Below are positions 1-11,151 of a stretch of DNA of 64,000 nucleotides, in pieces. Positions within the stretch are counted from its first letter, which is position 1. Each line of letters begins with the position of its first letter. The notes beneath the pieces are model-generated. The model searched no databases. It saw only the letters and a program-made list of their open reading frames with translations, and was not told where the DNA came from. This stretch comes from Chloroflexota bacterium. Its GTDB lineage: Bacteria; Chloroflexota; Dehalococcoidia; UBA2979. A program made the translations under genes and the position numbers. The DNA is taken from NCBI GenBank assembly GCA_947479915.1, contig CANKAU010000001.1, forward strand, positions 89,977 to 153,976. The letters are read 5' to 3'.

Positions 1-26
1 CTGGGGTGTTAGGAGCGGAGCCGAGG

Positions 27-221
27 CTACGCGCCGGTCGGCAGGTTGGCCTTGATCATCGCGGCCTGACCGCCCGTGGCGACCACGTTCCGGCCGAGGC
101 CGGTCATCTTGGTGCGGCTGCGCTTGGCGCGCTTCGGGTTGACGTTGCGAATCATCACCTTGCCGGTACCGGTCAGGTGCACGCGCTTCGCGGTCCCCTT
201 GTGGGTCTTCATCTTCGGCAC
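27..221 (-). CDS. rpmI: 50S ribosomal protein L35
   Basis: 64-aa ORF starting MPKMKTHKGTAKR, the typical L35 N-terminus. It lies 60 nt downstream of infC, matching the infC-rpmI order. Confidence 0.9.
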   Translation of the reverse strand: MPKMKTHKGTAKRVHLTGTGKVMIRNVNPKRAKRSRTKMTGLGRNVVATGGQAAMIKANLPTGA

Positions 222-281
222 AGTAGGGAACCCCTCTTCGCCCCGTCACGCGGGGCCTTCGTTTGCGAATTCGCGCGTCGC

Positions 282-854
<573 letters not shown>

Positions 855-963
855 CGGAAACTCCTCAACCCTTGCTCCGCTGTCACCGGAGTCCGACAGG
901 CTTCAATCCTAGCAGAATCGTGATTCTAGCGGGGGGACGGGCTTGGCGGCTCCCGCGGGAGGG

Positions 964-1451
<488 letters not shown>

Positions 1452-1479
<28 letters not shown>

Positions 1480-3014
1480 CCGGACGTGCCTCCTTCGATC
1501 CGCAGCCCGCGCCGCGCGATGCCTCGGGCGCTCTGCACCCAGCGCGTCATGCCGCCGCTGCCGCCACTGGAGGCGGGATCCTTGGCGTTCGTCGCGATGA
1601 TCTGCGCCGCGAGTGCGCCCGCGATCAGCGCGACGTCCAGCCGAGGGTCGTCCTCGGACGCTGCCGGCATGGTGAACGTCGACTCCAGCCAGCCGGTCGA
1701 GACGTCGCCCGACAGGAAGTCGGGGTGCTCGAACAGTGCGAGGTGGAACGGGACGTTCGTCTGCACGCCCGAGATGACGAGGTCACGCAGGGCACGGCGC
1801 ATGCGCTCGATGGCGCGGTCGCGCGTCTCCGCCCACACGATGAGCTTGCCGAGCAGCGAGTCGTAGAAGACCGGCACATCAAGCCCGCTGTAGAGCATGG
1901 TGTCGAAGCGCACCCCCGGCCCCGTGGGGTAGTCGACGAAGTCGATGAGACCGACCGAAGGCGCGAAGTTCGCGTAGGGGTCCTCGCCGTTGATGCGGCA
2001 CTCGATCGCCCAGCCGGTCGGCGTGACGGTTGAGGGGCCCTCAGGGAGCATCTCGCCGTTCGCGACCGCGATCTGCAGCGCGACGAGGTCGACGCCGCCG
2101 CAGACCAGCTCGGTGACGGGGTGCTCCACCTGCAGGCGTGCGTTCACCTCGAGGAAGTAGAACTCGCCGTTGCGGTCGAGGAGGAACTCCACGGTGCCTG
2201 CGTTGCGGTAGCCGCAGGACTTGGCGGCTGCGATCGCCGCCGCGCAGAGGCGTTCGCGGATCTCCGGCGTGACGGCGACGGACGGCGCCTCCTCGAGGAG
2301 CTTCTGGTTGCGCCGCTGGATCGAGCACTCGCGCTCGCCGAAGGCACGGACGTTGCCGTGCGCGTCCGCGACGATCTGCACCTCGATGTGCCGCGCGGGT
2401 GAGACGTATCGTTCGAGGAAGATCGTGGCGTCGCCGAAGGAGGATGCGGCCTCGTTGCCCGAGGCGCGCATAGCGGCCTGGAGATCCTCGGGCCGCTCCA
2501 CGAGGCGGATGCCGCGCCCGCCGCCGCCTGCCGAAGCCTTCACCATCAGCGGGAAGCCGATGCGGGCGGCCTCGCGTTCCGCGGTCGCGAAGTCGTCCGC
2601 GCTGATGTCGTTCGCGCCGGGGACGATCGGGACGCCGGCGGCTTCCATCAGGCGCCGCGCGGATACCTTGCCGCCGAGGGCGCGCATGGCGTCGGCGGTG
2701 GGGCCGATGAACGTGATGCCGGCTTCCTCGCACGCATCGACGAACCGGGCGTTCTCCGACAGGAAGCCGTAACCCGGGTGGATGGCGTCGGCACCCGTTT
2801 GGCGCGCCGCCTCGATGATCCTGTCGATGACGAGGTAGGACTCCAGCGCGGGGCCGGGGCCGATGCGCACGGCGAAGTCGGCGTTGCGGACGTGCAAGGC
2901 GTTGCGGTCGGGGTCGGAGTAGACGGCGACGGTCTCGATGCCGAGTTCGCGGCACGTCCGCTGGATGCGTAGCGCGATCTCACCACGATTGGCGATGAGC
3001 ACCCGCTTGATCAT
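1452..3014 (-). CDS. accC: biotin carboxylase (acetyl/propionyl-CoA carboxylase alpha subunit, BC domain)
   Basis: 520-aa ORF starting MIKRVLIANRGEIALRI, an ATP-grasp biotin carboxylase N-terminus. The BC domain ends near ...PDFLSGDVSTGWLE and is followed by a roughly 70-aa tail. Confidence 0.85.
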
Positions 3015-3108
3015 GTTGCTCCAGGATCCGAGGGAACCGCGCGGTTTCGATGCACGTCAGACTGACATGCAGCGCCGCATGCGGCAACCGCCTACGCAGG
3101 AGGCCTCG

Positions 3109-3720
3109 ATGGTGAATGTGCGCTTCGGGTTGGTCCTGTCCCTGGCGGCGGCGGCCATCGCAACGATCGGATGCTCCGGCGCACCGTCAGCCTCGCCCGG
3201 CGCGACCCCGACCCCGGCGGCGGGGAGTCCGACCGCGACGCCCCCGAGGCCCACGACGACCGTCGTCTCGACGCCAGCCTCACCGACGCCCAGCCCGTCC
3301 GCCGCGCCGACGTCCCCGGCGGGGCGCATCGCGCCAGCTGGGTACGCCCAGTCCTGCGCCAGGGATATTCCGTGGGGCGTGCAGGTGACCAAGCCGTTCA
3401 TCTGCCTCGAAGGGCCGGTGGCAGGAACCCACGTCACCGGCGGTGCGTCGATCATTGTCAGCGGGTACGCGGGCGGGTCGTTCGAGAGCAACGTGGTGAC
3501 TGAGGTACGCGCATTGATCGACCGCGAGCCGGGCGTACGCCTTGCCAGCGTCGCTTCGACCTACAGCGCGCCCGACGTCGGCATGCCGGGCGCGTGGCGG
3601 GTCACCTTGAGCATCCCGGCGAGCGCACCGGTCGGCGCCGCCCGAGTCATCGCGCACTTTGACAACCCCCGCGACGGCAGCGTCGTTGCGCAGGCGATGG
3701 TCGACATCGTGATCGACTAG
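3109..3720 (+). CDS. lipoprotein with Pro/Thr-rich linker, function unknown
   Basis: Start set at MVNVRFGLVLSLAAAAIATIGCSG (signal peptide plus lipobox Cys), with a GGAGG RBS 6 nt upstream. A low-complexity P/T/S linker follows, then a roughly 110-aa C-terminal domain. Confidence 0.6.
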   Translation: MVNVRFGLVLSLAAAAIATIGCSGAPSASPGATPTPAAGSPTATPPRPTTTVVSTPASPTPSPSAAPTSPAGRIAPAGYAQSCARDIPWGVQVTKPFICLEGPVAGTHVTGGASIIVSGYAGGSFESNVVTEVRALIDREPGVRLASVASTYSAPDVGMPGAWRVTLSIPASAPVGAARVIAHFDNPRDGSVVAQAMVDIVID

Positions 3721-4268
3721 CGCGGGCGGTAGCGCAGGAGCACGACGCCATCCGAGAACCGGCGCTCCTCGATCAGATCGAGATCGAGCCGGACATCGTC
3801 AGGGAGGGCGCGGAGCCCGCCGCCGACCACAACCGGAGCGACGGCGAGGAGGTACTCGTCGACCAGGCCCGCGCGGATCGCCTCGGCGGCGATCGTCGGC
3901 CCACCGATGAGGAGATCGCGCGACGCGGCGGCCTTCATCGAGCGGACAGCCTCGGGATCGAATGCCCGCTCGATGCGCGTCCGGGCAGTGGGCGTCGCAG
4001 CGAGCGAGGTCGAGTAGACGACCTTGTCGGAGTCCTGCCACAGGCGACCGAACTCCTGCTCGATCCGCGATGAACCCTCCGGGGGCGCCTCCCAGGACGA
4101 CATCACTTCGTACATCCGCCGCCCGTAGAGGTGCGTGCCCGTGGCGCCAATCAGGTCGTTGAAGACGGCGTGCAACTCGTCCGTCGGAACGCTCCAGTCG
4201 AAGCGCCCCTCCGCGTCGGCGACGTAGCCGTCCACCGACAGGTTGATCCCGTAGACAAGCTTCGCCAA
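3717..4268 (-). CDS. dihydrofolate reductase family protein (RibD C-terminal domain-like)
   Basis: 183-aa ORF starting MAKLVYGINLSVDGYVA...LIGGPTIA, the pattern of the YwjB/RibD-C DHFR-like family. Confidence 0.65.
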   Translation of the reverse strand: MAKLVYGINLSVDGYVADAEGRFDWSVPTDELHAVFNDLIGATGTHLYGRRMYEVMSSWEAPPEGSSRIEQEFGRLWQDSDKVVYSTSLAATPTARTRIERAFDPEAVRSMKAAASRDLLIGGPTIAAEAIRAGLVDEYLLAVAPVVVGGGLRALPDDVRLDLDLIEERRFSDGVVLLRYRPR

Positions 4269-4289
4269 CGCCGCCTCCCTCGCGCTCCG

Positions 4290-6062
4290 CTACGCCTCCG
4301 GTTTACCCGCGTAGATTGCGCGGCTGTCCCGCTCATCCACCATGCGGTCGATGATCTGGAACACCGGCATCGCACCGAGGTCAGCGCCGGTCCCATCGCG
4401 GACCGCGGCCGCCTCGGCCTCCTCTTCGCGATCACCAACGACCAGCATGTACGGCACGCGCTGCAGCTGAGCGCGGCGGATCTTGGCGCCCATGCGCTCG
4501 TTCGACTCATCTACCTCGACGCGCAGGCCCTTCTCGCGCAGCATCGAGCGCACGCGGTGGGCGTAGTCGACGTGGCGGTCGGCGATCGGCACGACGACGG
4601 CCTGCACCGGTGCAAGCCACAGCGGGAAGTGCCCGGCAGTGTGCTCCACGTAGACGCCGATGAAGCGTTCGAGCGATCCGAGGATCGCGCGGTGCAGCAT
4701 CATCGGCGTGTGGTCCTCGCCGTCAGCGCCGACGTACTGCAGGCCGAAGCTGGTGGGCATCGCCTGGTCGATCTGGATCGTGGAGAGCTGCCACGATCGG
4801 CCGATCGCGTCGCGGACGTGGAACTCGACTTTCGGGCCGTAGAACGCGCCCTCGCCGGGGGCGATCTCGTACTCATAGCCCGCGCTGGTGAGCGCCTCGC
4901 CGAGGAGCTTCTCGGACGCATCCCATGCGGGGATCTCGCCGACGAACTTCTCCGGCCGCGTCGCGAGCTTCACGCGTGGCTCGCCGAGACCGAGGTCTGC
5001 GTAGACGCGGCGGCTCATCTCGAAGAACAGGTGCACCTCGCGCTCGAACTGCTCCGGGGTGCAGTAGATGTGCGCGTCGTCCTGCGAGAACGAGCGCACG
5101 CGAGTCATGCCATGCAGCACGCCGGATCGCTCGAAGCGGTGCAGGCGCGTGAACTCTGCGAGGCGCAGCGGGAGGTCGCGGTACGAGTAGTGACCGCTCT
5201 TGAAGAACCAGCAGTGGCCCGGGCAGTTCATGGGCTTGATTCCCATCTCGGACTCGTCCGCCTCGAACATGAACATGTCATCGCGGAAGTTCTGGTAGTG
5301 GCCGGAGATCTTCCACAGGTCGGCGGAGAACAGCTGCGGGGTGATCACCTCGTCGTAGCCGTACTCGCGGTAGAGCTCGCGCATGTAGTCGATCAGCGCG
5401 TGGTAGAGGATCGCGCCCTTCGGGTGGTAGAAGGGCGATCCCGGCGCGATCGAGTCGAGGTGGAACAGGTCCAGCTCCCGCCCGAGCCGGCGGTGGTCGC
5501 GCCTCTCGGCTTCCTCGCGCGTGACCTTGAACGCCTCAAGTTCCTCGTCGGTCGGGAACAGCAGGCCGTACACGCGCTGGAGCATCGCGTTCTTCTCGTC
5601 GCCTCGCCAGTACGCACCGGCGACGCGATCAAGGGTGAACGCGCCGAGCTGGCCGGTGGTCTCGGTGTGGCCGCCGCGGCACAGGTCCTGGAACTCGCCG
5701 TGGCGGAAGTAGCCCACGGTCTCGTCCTGGATGCCGTCAATCAGCTCGAGCTTGTACGGCTGATCCTTGAAGATTTCGCGCGCTTGCGCCTTCGGGATCT
5801 GTTCGCCGCGGATCGGCAGGTTGCGCTCCACCGAGACGCGCATCCGCGCCTCGAGCGCGCCGAGGTCGTCCGGCGTGAGCGGGCGCGGCAGGTCGAAGTC
5901 GTAGTAGAAGCCGTTCTCGACCGGTGGGCCGATGGCGTACTTCGCCTCCGGGAACATCTCCAGGATCGCCTCGGCCAGCACGTGGGCGGCCGAGTGCCGC
6001 TGGCGGAACAGGCGTTCCTCGGCGGGGAGCTGGTCGAACGGGGTCTCGTCGCTCATCGTCAT
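4290..6062 (-). CDS. thrS: threonine--tRNA ligase
   Basis: ThrRS catalytic and anticodon-binding domain motifs are present. The start is set at ATG ATG (MTMSDETP) with GAGAGGA 6 nt upstream. The listed ORF extends to 6119 but would run through the upstream terminator hairpin. Confidence 0.9.
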   Translation of the reverse strand: MTMSDETPFDQLPAEERLFRQRHSAAHVLAEAILEMFPEAKYAIGPPVENGFYYDFDLPRPLTPDDLGALEARMRVSVERNLPIRGEQIPKAQAREIFKDQPYKLELIDGIQDETVGYFRHGEFQDLCRGGHTETTGQLGAFTLDRVAGAYWRGDEKNAMLQRVYGLLFPTDEELEAFKVTREEAERRDHRRLGRELDLFHLDSIAPGSPFYHPKGAILYHALIDYMRELYREYGYDEVITPQLFSADLWKISGHYQNFRDDMFMFEADESEMGIKPMNCPGHCWFFKSGHYSYRDLPLRLAEFTRLHRFERSGVLHGMTRVRSFSQDDAHIYCTPEQFEREVHLFFEMSRRVYADLGLGEPRVKLATRPEKFVGEIPAWDASEKLLGEALTSAGYEYEIAPGEGAFYGPKVEFHVRDAIGRSWQLSTIQIDQAMPTSFGLQYVGADGEDHTPMMLHRAILGSLERFIGVYVEHTAGHFPLWLAPVQAVVVPIADRHVDYAHRVRSMLREKGLRVEVDESNERMGAKIRRAQLQRVPYMLVVGDREEEAEAAAVRDGTGADLGAMPVFQIIDRMVDERDSRAIYAGKPEA

Positions 6063-6103
6063 CAGTCCTCTCGCGGCGAAGGATTCGGTGTCCCGCGCCG
6101 GTA

Positions 6104-6420
6104 TCACAAACACAAGCAAACGCGCCGTTCGGCCATGCGGTGACAGTCCCGCAGGGACGAACGGCGCGTTCGTGGTTCCACCCGGCTTCCCTCGGCGCTC
6201 GCGGTTCCCTCATTGAGGACGCGCGCTGCCGAGGCTCCTGCACCCGTAACGAGGGTGTCGTCGCCGCGGGTTCGCTCGCGGGCTCGGGGGTGGTGTCGGT
6301 CGCGTGCGCGGCGCGGGGCTTGCAGCCTGGCCCCCCGAAGGTGGCCGCGACCCCGCTCTCTTGGTGCCGCGCGGGCGCGGGACGTGTCCCCGTCAGCGCT
6401 CATATGGACGTGCCCGCAGG
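6104..6420 (-). promoter_or_regulatory. predicted T-box riboswitch leader of thrS (T-box motif plus intrinsic terminator)
   Basis: The minus-strand RNA contains GGGUGGAACCACG (plus 6171-6183), one mismatch from the T-box consensus AGGGUGGNACCGCG. It overlaps the 5' arm of a hairpin (6121-6131 / 6158-6168) that is followed by UUUGCUUGUGUUUGUG, roughly 40 nt before the thrS start. Stem I and the specifier loop were not verified. Confidence 0.45.
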
Positions 6421-6544
6421 CACGGCAAATCGGTCTGTGTGCAGTGTACGCGCGGAGCGGGGTGTGGTGAACGGACGCCCTCGCGCGGCGCGGCACCCTC
6501 ATGACGAAGTCACGAGACGGGCGGTGCAGCCGAGGACGGAGGAA

Positions 6545-6622
6545 GTGGTGGGCGGTACTGGATTCGAACCAGTGACCTCAGCGATGTCAACGCTGCGCTC
6601 TAACCAACTGAGCTAACCACCC
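6545..6622 (-). tRNA. tRNA-Val (anticodon GAC)
   Basis: Manual fold: acceptor GGGTGGT/ACCGCCC, anticodon loop TTGACAT, T-arm ACTGG TTCGAAT CCAGT, CCA encoded. Confidence 0.8.
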
Positions 6623-6655
6623 GCGACGCCACCGGTGAACGGTGCGATGTAGGGA

Positions 6656-6684
6656 AGGCTATGCGACCACCGGGTCATCGTCAA
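6656..6684 (-). promoter_or_regulatory. putative sigma70-like promoter for tRNA-Val (TTGACG-17-TAGCCT on minus strand)
   Basis: Read directly on the minus strand; it lies about 33 nt upstream of the tRNA 5' end. Confidence 0.35.
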
Positions 6685-6761
6685 AGGGCAGACCTCGGCG
6701 ATGTCGGACGCATGCATTTGTAGCGTGCGAGAGAACGGATCACTTCGCTGTTCGCTTTTCG

Positions 6762-6790
6762 TTGACACGCGATCGGGCCGCTGCTACCTT
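6762..6790 (+). promoter_or_regulatory. putative sigma70-like promoter for tRNA-Lys (TTGACA-17-TACCTT)
   Basis: Consensus -35 TTGACA, a 17-nt spacer and a TAnnnT -10 that ends about 8 nt before the tRNA 5' end. Confidence 0.45.
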
Positions 6791-6798
6791 CCTGCCGC

Positions 6799-6873
6799 GG
6801 GCCTCTAGCTCAATGGCAGAGCAGCTGACTCTTAATCAGCCGGTTCCCGGTTCAAGTCCGGGGGGGCTCACCA
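6799..6873 (+). tRNA. tRNA-Lys (anticodon CTT)
   Basis: Manual fold: acceptor GGGCCTC/GGGGCTC, anticodon stem GCTGA/TCAGC with loop CTCTTAA, T-arm CCCGG TTCAAGT CCGGG, CCA encoded. Confidence 0.8.
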
Positions 6874-6945
6874 AAACGAACGCGAACCCGTGACAGCGGG
6901 AGTTCGTCGTACCTCGGGGAAGGTACGACGAACGGCCAATCCGAT

Positions 6946-7030
6946 GGGGAAGTGTCGGAACTGGCAGACGAGCGTGACTTAGGATCACGTGCCGCAAGGC
7001 GTAGGAGTTCGAGTCTCCTCTTCCCCACCA
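6946..7030 (+). tRNA. tRNA-Leu (anticodon TAG), long variable arm
   Basis: Acceptor GGGGAAG/CTTCCCC, anticodon loop CTTAGGA, variable arm GTGCCGCAAGGCGT, T-arm AGGAG TTCGAGT CTCCT, CCA encoded. Confidence 0.8.
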
Positions 7031-7116
7031 GTGACCGGTTCGTCGAATTTCGGCGGAACGGCTACCGGTGACGCATCGAGGTTTCGGGGTCGCGTCTGAC
7101 GACGCGAGGGGGATCC

Positions 7117-8133
7117 ATGGCGAAGCTGCTCGAAGTCAAAGACCTCCGCACGTACTTCTTCACGGACGAGGGCGTGGTTCGCGCCGTCGACGGCGTGACG
7201 TGGGACCTCGATGAAGGCGAAACACTCGCCCTCGTCGGTGAGTCCGGGTGCGGCAAGTCCGTGACGGCAATGTCTATCCTGCGACTGATTCCGAACCCGC
7301 CGGGACGCATCGTCTCCGGCGAGATCCTCTACGAGGGTCGAGACCTGCTGAAGATCTCCGACGCGGAAATGCGCTCCATCCGGGGCAACCGCATCGCCAT
7401 GATCTTCCAGGAGCCGATGACCTCGCTGAACCCGGTGCTCACCATCGGCCAGCAGATCAAGGAAGCGATCGTCCTGCACCTCGGCCTCGGCGACGAGGAA
7501 TCCGACGCGCGTGCGATCGAGCTCCTCGAGATGGTCGGCATCCCGGAAGCCGGTCAGCGGCTCAAGGACTACCCGCACCAGTTCTCCGGCGGTATGCGCC
7601 AGCGCGTCATGATCGCCATGGCGCTGGCCTGCAACCCGAAGCTCCTCATCGCTGACGAGCCGACGACCGCGCTGGACGTCACCATCCAGGCGCAGATCCT
7701 TGAGATCATGGCGCGCCTGTCGAAGGAACTCGGCACGGCCGTTCTGGTCATCACGCACAACCTCGGCATCGTCGCCCGATACGCCGACCGCGTGAACGTC
7801 ATGTACGCCGGCGAGATCGTGGAGAGCGGCACTGCGACCGACATCTTCAAGCGCCCGGCGCACCCGTACACCGTCGGCCTGATGGCCTCCGTCCCGCGTC
7901 TGGACGCGACCGAGAAGGTCCGCCTGATGACGATCGAGGGTCAGCCGCCGCTGCTCATCCAGCCTATCCAGGGCTGCCCGTTCCGGCCGCGCTGCGACTG
8001 GGCGATCGACAAGTGTGCGACCGACCACCCCGTGCTCGAGACCAAGCAGCCGAACCACACGGCTCGCTGCTGGCGTGACCCGCAGGTGGACGCTCGCACG
8101 CGCGAGACCACCAGCGCGGCTGCGGCGAACTAA
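7117..8133 (+). CDS. oligopeptide/dipeptide ABC transporter ATP-binding protein (OppD/DppD type)
   Basis: Walker [12 protein letters not shown] signature LSGGQ-like FSGGMRQR and the C-terminal oligopeptide-ABC extension with conserved Cys. An RBS precedes the ATG. Confidence 0.9.
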   Translation: MAKLLEVKDLRTYFFTDEGVVRAVDGVTWDLDEGETLALVGESGCGKSVTAMSILRLIPNPPGRIVSGEILYEGRDLLKISDAEMRSIRGNRIAMIFQEPMTSLNPVLTIGQQIKEAIVLHLGLGDEESDARAIELLEMVGIPEAGQRLKDYPHQFSGGMRQRVMIAMALACNPKLLIADEPTTALDVTIQAQILEIMARLSKELGTAVLVITHNLGIVARYADRVNVMYAGEIVESGTATDIFKRPAHPYTVGLMASVPRLDATEKVRLMTIEGQPPLLIQPIQGCPFRPRCDWAIDKCATDHPVLETKQPNHTARCWRDPQVDARTRETTSAAAAN

Positions 8134-8148
8134 GGCGAGGGAGACATC

Positions 8149-9165
8149 ATGACGACTTCGGCTCCCATGGACACCAAGCGCCAGATCCCCCACGGCGAGA
8201 CCCTCGTCGACGTCAAGGGTCTGCGGATGTACTTCCCGGTCACGGCCGGCCTGCTCATCCAGCGCAAGATCGCTGACGTCCGCGCGGTGGACGGCCTGGA
8301 CTTCCAGGTGAAGTCCGGCGAGACGCTGGGCCTGGTCGGTGAGTCCGGTTGTGGCAAGTCCACCACCGGTCGCGCCGTCCTGCAGCTCTACCGCCCGACC
8401 GCGGGCACGGTGAACTTCGCCGGCACTGAGCTGACCCAGCTCAAGGGCGGCGACCTGCGCCGCTTCCGCCGCCGCATGCAGATGATCTTCCAGGACCCGT
8501 TCTCCAGCCTGAACCCGCGCATGAGCGTGGCGCAGATCATCGGCGAGCCCCTCGCGATCCACGGCCTCTACAAGGGTGCCGAGCGTCGCGACCGCATCCA
8601 GTACATCATGCAGGCCGTCGGTCTGAACCCCGTGTTCGCCCGCCGCTTCCCGCACGAGTTCTCGGGCGGTCAGCGCCAGCGTATCGGCATCGGCCGCGCG
8701 CTGGCGGTTGAGCCGGACTTCATCGTCTGCGACGAGCCGGTCTCCGCGCTCGACGTGTCCATCCAGGCGCAGGTCATCAACCTGCTGGAGGACCTGCAGG
8801 GCGAGTTCGGCCTGACGTACCTGTTCATCGCGCACGACCTCGCGGTCGTTCGCCACATCTCGGACCGCGTCGCGGTCATGTACCTCGGCAAGATGATGGA
8901 ACTCGCGGACTCCAACGAGCTCTACGAGAACCCGCTGCACCCTTACACCAAGGCTCTCCTGTCGGCAGTGCCGATCACGGACCCCGAGGTGGAGCGACAG
9001 CGCGAGCGCATCATCCTGACCGGCGACGTGCCCTCGCCGCTGCGGCCGCCCTCGGGCTGCGTGTTCAACACGCGCTGCCCGATCGCGGTGGACGAGTGCC
9101 GGGAGCGCGTGCCGGACTGGCGCGAGCACATCCCCGGTCACTGGGTGGCCTGCCACCGCGTCTAG
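8149..9165 (+). CDS. oligopeptide/dipeptide ABC transporter ATP-binding protein (OppF/DppF type)
   Basis: Second ABC ATPase: [17 protein letters not shown], a C-terminal Cys motif. It starts 15 nt after the first ATPase gene. Confidence 0.9.
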   Translation: MTTSAPMDTKRQIPHGETLVDVKGLRMYFPVTAGLLIQRKIADVRAVDGLDFQVKSGETLGLVGESGCGKSTTGRAVLQLYRPTAGTVNFAGTELTQLKGGDLRRFRRRMQMIFQDPFSSLNPRMSVAQIIGEPLAIHGLYKGAERRDRIQYIMQAVGLNPVFARRFPHEFSGGQRQRIGIGRALAVEPDFIVCDEPVSALDVSIQAQVINLLEDLQGEFGLTYLFIAHDLAVVRHISDRVAVMYLGKMMELADSNELYENPLHPYTKALLSAVPITDPEVERQRERIILTGDVPSPLRPPSGCVFNTRCPIAVDECRERVPDWREHIPGHWVACHRV

Positions 9166-9203
9166 TCTGTCGGGCCTCGGCCCGCCTCGACTGCACTTCA
9201 GCG

Positions 9204-9234
9204 AAGCCCCGCCACACGGCGGGGCTTCGTCTTG
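9204..9234 (+). terminator. putative intrinsic terminator after ABC ATPase genes
   Basis: Hairpin AAGCCCCGCC-ACAC-GGCGGGGCTT followed by CGTCTTG. Confidence 0.45.
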
Positions 9235-9303
9235 TCGAGGCTCGTGGCCGAAGCGAAGCTCCCGTGTCCCGCGCGTAGCCCCCGCTCCGGGTAGGATGGT
9301 CTC

Positions 9304-11124
9304 GTGGAACAGTCGCGCATTCGCAATTTCTCGATCATCGCCCACATCGACCATGGCAAGTCGACGTTGGCTGACCGCATGCTCGAGGTCACCGGGGCCA
9401 TCGAGCTTCGTGACATGCGCGAGCAGGTGCTCGACTCCATGGACCTGGAGCGCGAGAAGGGCATCACGATCAAGGCGCAGGCCGTGCGCATGCCCTTCAC
9501 CGCAGCCGACGGCAACCAGTACGAGATCAACATGGTCGACACGCCCGGCCACGTGGACTTCACCTACGAGGTCTCACGCGCGCTGGCCGCCTGCGAGGGC
9601 GCGATCCTCGTGGTGGACGCGACGCAGGGCATCCAGGCGCAGACGCTCGCGAACGTCTACCTCGCCATGGACCTCAACCTGAAGCTCATCCCGGTCGTGA
9701 ACAAGATCGACCTCCCGTCCGCGGAGCCCGAGCGTGTTGCGCAGGAGTTGATCGACGTCATCGGCTTCGACCCGGACGAGGTCGTCTTCGCCTCGGCCAA
9801 GACGGGTGTCGGCGTCACGGACATCCTGCAGGCGGTCGTGGAGCGCATCCCACCGCCGCAGGGCGACCGCAACGCACCCCTGCGGGCCATGGTGTTCGAC
9901 GCGAAGTACGACGCCTTCAAGGGCGTCTTGGTCTACATCCGCGTGCTGGAAGGCCGCGCGCGGATGGGCGAGCGCATGCGCCTCATGCAGCAGTCAGCGC
10001 GCTTCGAGCCGGTCGAGGTCGGCTACTTCCGCCCGGCACTCCAGAAGAGCGATCTGCTGGAGGCCGGAGAGGTCGGCTATATCGCGACGGGCCTGAAGGG
10101 CGTCTCGCAGAGCCGCGTCGGCGACACGCTCACCATCGACGGCCCCGGCGGCGCGACCGAACCGCTGCCGGGCTACCAGCCCGCGAAGGCGATGGTGTTC
10201 GCGGGTATCTACCCGACGGACTCCGACTCGTACGCCGCCCTCCGCGACGCCCTCGAACGGCTGACGCTCAACGATGCGGCGCTCCAGTGGGAGCCCGAGA
10301 GCAGCGCGGCGCTCGGCTTCGGCTTCCGCTGCGGTTTCCTCGGGCTGCTGCACATGGAGATCGTGCAGGAGCGCCTCGAGCGCGAGTTCGACCTCGACCT
10401 CGTCGCCACGGCACCGTCCGTGGAGTACGAACTGACGACGACGGGCGGCGAGGAGATCCGGATCGACTCGCCCGCGGAGCTGCTCTCCCCGGACAAGATC
10501 GCCGAGATCCGAGAGCCGTGGGTGCGCGTCACCATTTCCATGCCCGCGCGGTACATCGGCACGCTGATGCAGCTGGTGACGGAGCGCCGCGGCGAATTCG
10601 ACCGGGTCGAGTACCTCGACCACGCGGAGGACGAGAGCGAATCGCGCGTCCTGGGCACGTACCACCTGCCCCTGTCCGAGATCCTGGTGGAGTTCTACGA
10701 CCAGCTGAAGTCGCGCACCTCGGGCTACGCGGCGATGGACTACGCGATCGAGGGATACCGGCGCGCGCACGTCTCGCGCCTCGACATCCTCGTCAACGGC
10801 GAGTCAGTGGACGCGTTGTCGGCGATCGTGCCGACGGGGGACGCCGGCCCTTCGGGACGCAAGCTCGCACTCAAGCTCAAGGAACTGATTCCTCGGCAGA
10901 TGTTCGATGTGCCGATCCAGGCCGCGATCGGCGGCAAGGTCGTCGCGCGCGAGACCGTGAAGGCGCTGCGCAAGAACGTCCTGGCGAAGTGCTACGGCGG
11001 CGACATCACGCGTAAGCGGAAGTTGCTGGAGAAGCAGAAGAAGGGCAAGAAGCGCATGAAGATGATCGGCTCCGTGGAGGTGCCGCAGGAGGCCTTCATG
11101 GCCGTCCTGAAGATGCGCGACTAG
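9304..11124 (+). CDS. lepA: elongation factor 4 (LepA)
   Basis: N-terminus [19 protein letters not shown] (GTPase) and full LepA-length similarity. The start is GTG. Confidence 0.92.
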   Translation: MEQSRIRNFSIIAHIDHGKSTLADRMLEVTGAIELRDMREQVLDSMDLEREKGITIKAQAVRMPFTAADGNQYEINMVDTPGHVDFTYEVSRALAACEGAILVVDATQGIQAQTLANVYLAMDLNLKLIPVVNKIDLPSAEPERVAQELIDVIGFDPDEVVFASAKTGVGVTDILQAVVERIPPPQGDRNAPLRAMVFDAKYDAFKGVLVYIRVLEGRARMGERMRLMQQSARFEPVEVGYFRPALQKSDLLEAGEVGYIATGLKGVSQSRVGDTLTIDGPGGATEPLPGYQPAKAMVFAGIYPTDSDSYAALRDALERLTLNDAALQWEPESSAALGFGFRCGFLGLLHMEIVQERLEREFDLDLVATAPSVEYELTTTGGEEIRIDSPAELLSPDKIAEIREPWVRVTISMPARYIGTLMQLVTERRGEFDRVEYLDHAEDESESRVLGTYHLPLSEILVEFYDQLKSRTSGYAAMDYAIEGYRRAHVSRLDILVNGESVDALSAIVPTGDAGPSGRKLALKLKELIPRQMFDVPIQAAIGGKVVARETVKALRKNVLAKCYGGDITRKRKLLEKQKKGKKRMKMIGSVEVPQEAFMAVLKMRD

Positions 11125-11151
11125 CCCCGGCGCGACGCCGCGCCCGCGGCG

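Noticed and set aside
4131-6143. 670-aa plus-strand ORF
   Set aside because: It is antisense to thrS with no recognisable motifs and is a GC-skewed shadow ORF.
6985-9552. 855-aa minus-strand ORF spanning the tRNA-Leu to dppF region
   Set aside because: It is antisense to two clearly homologous ABC ATPase genes and a tRNA. It has a low-complexity Arg/Asp/Val-rich translation typical of spurious high-GC antisense ORFs.
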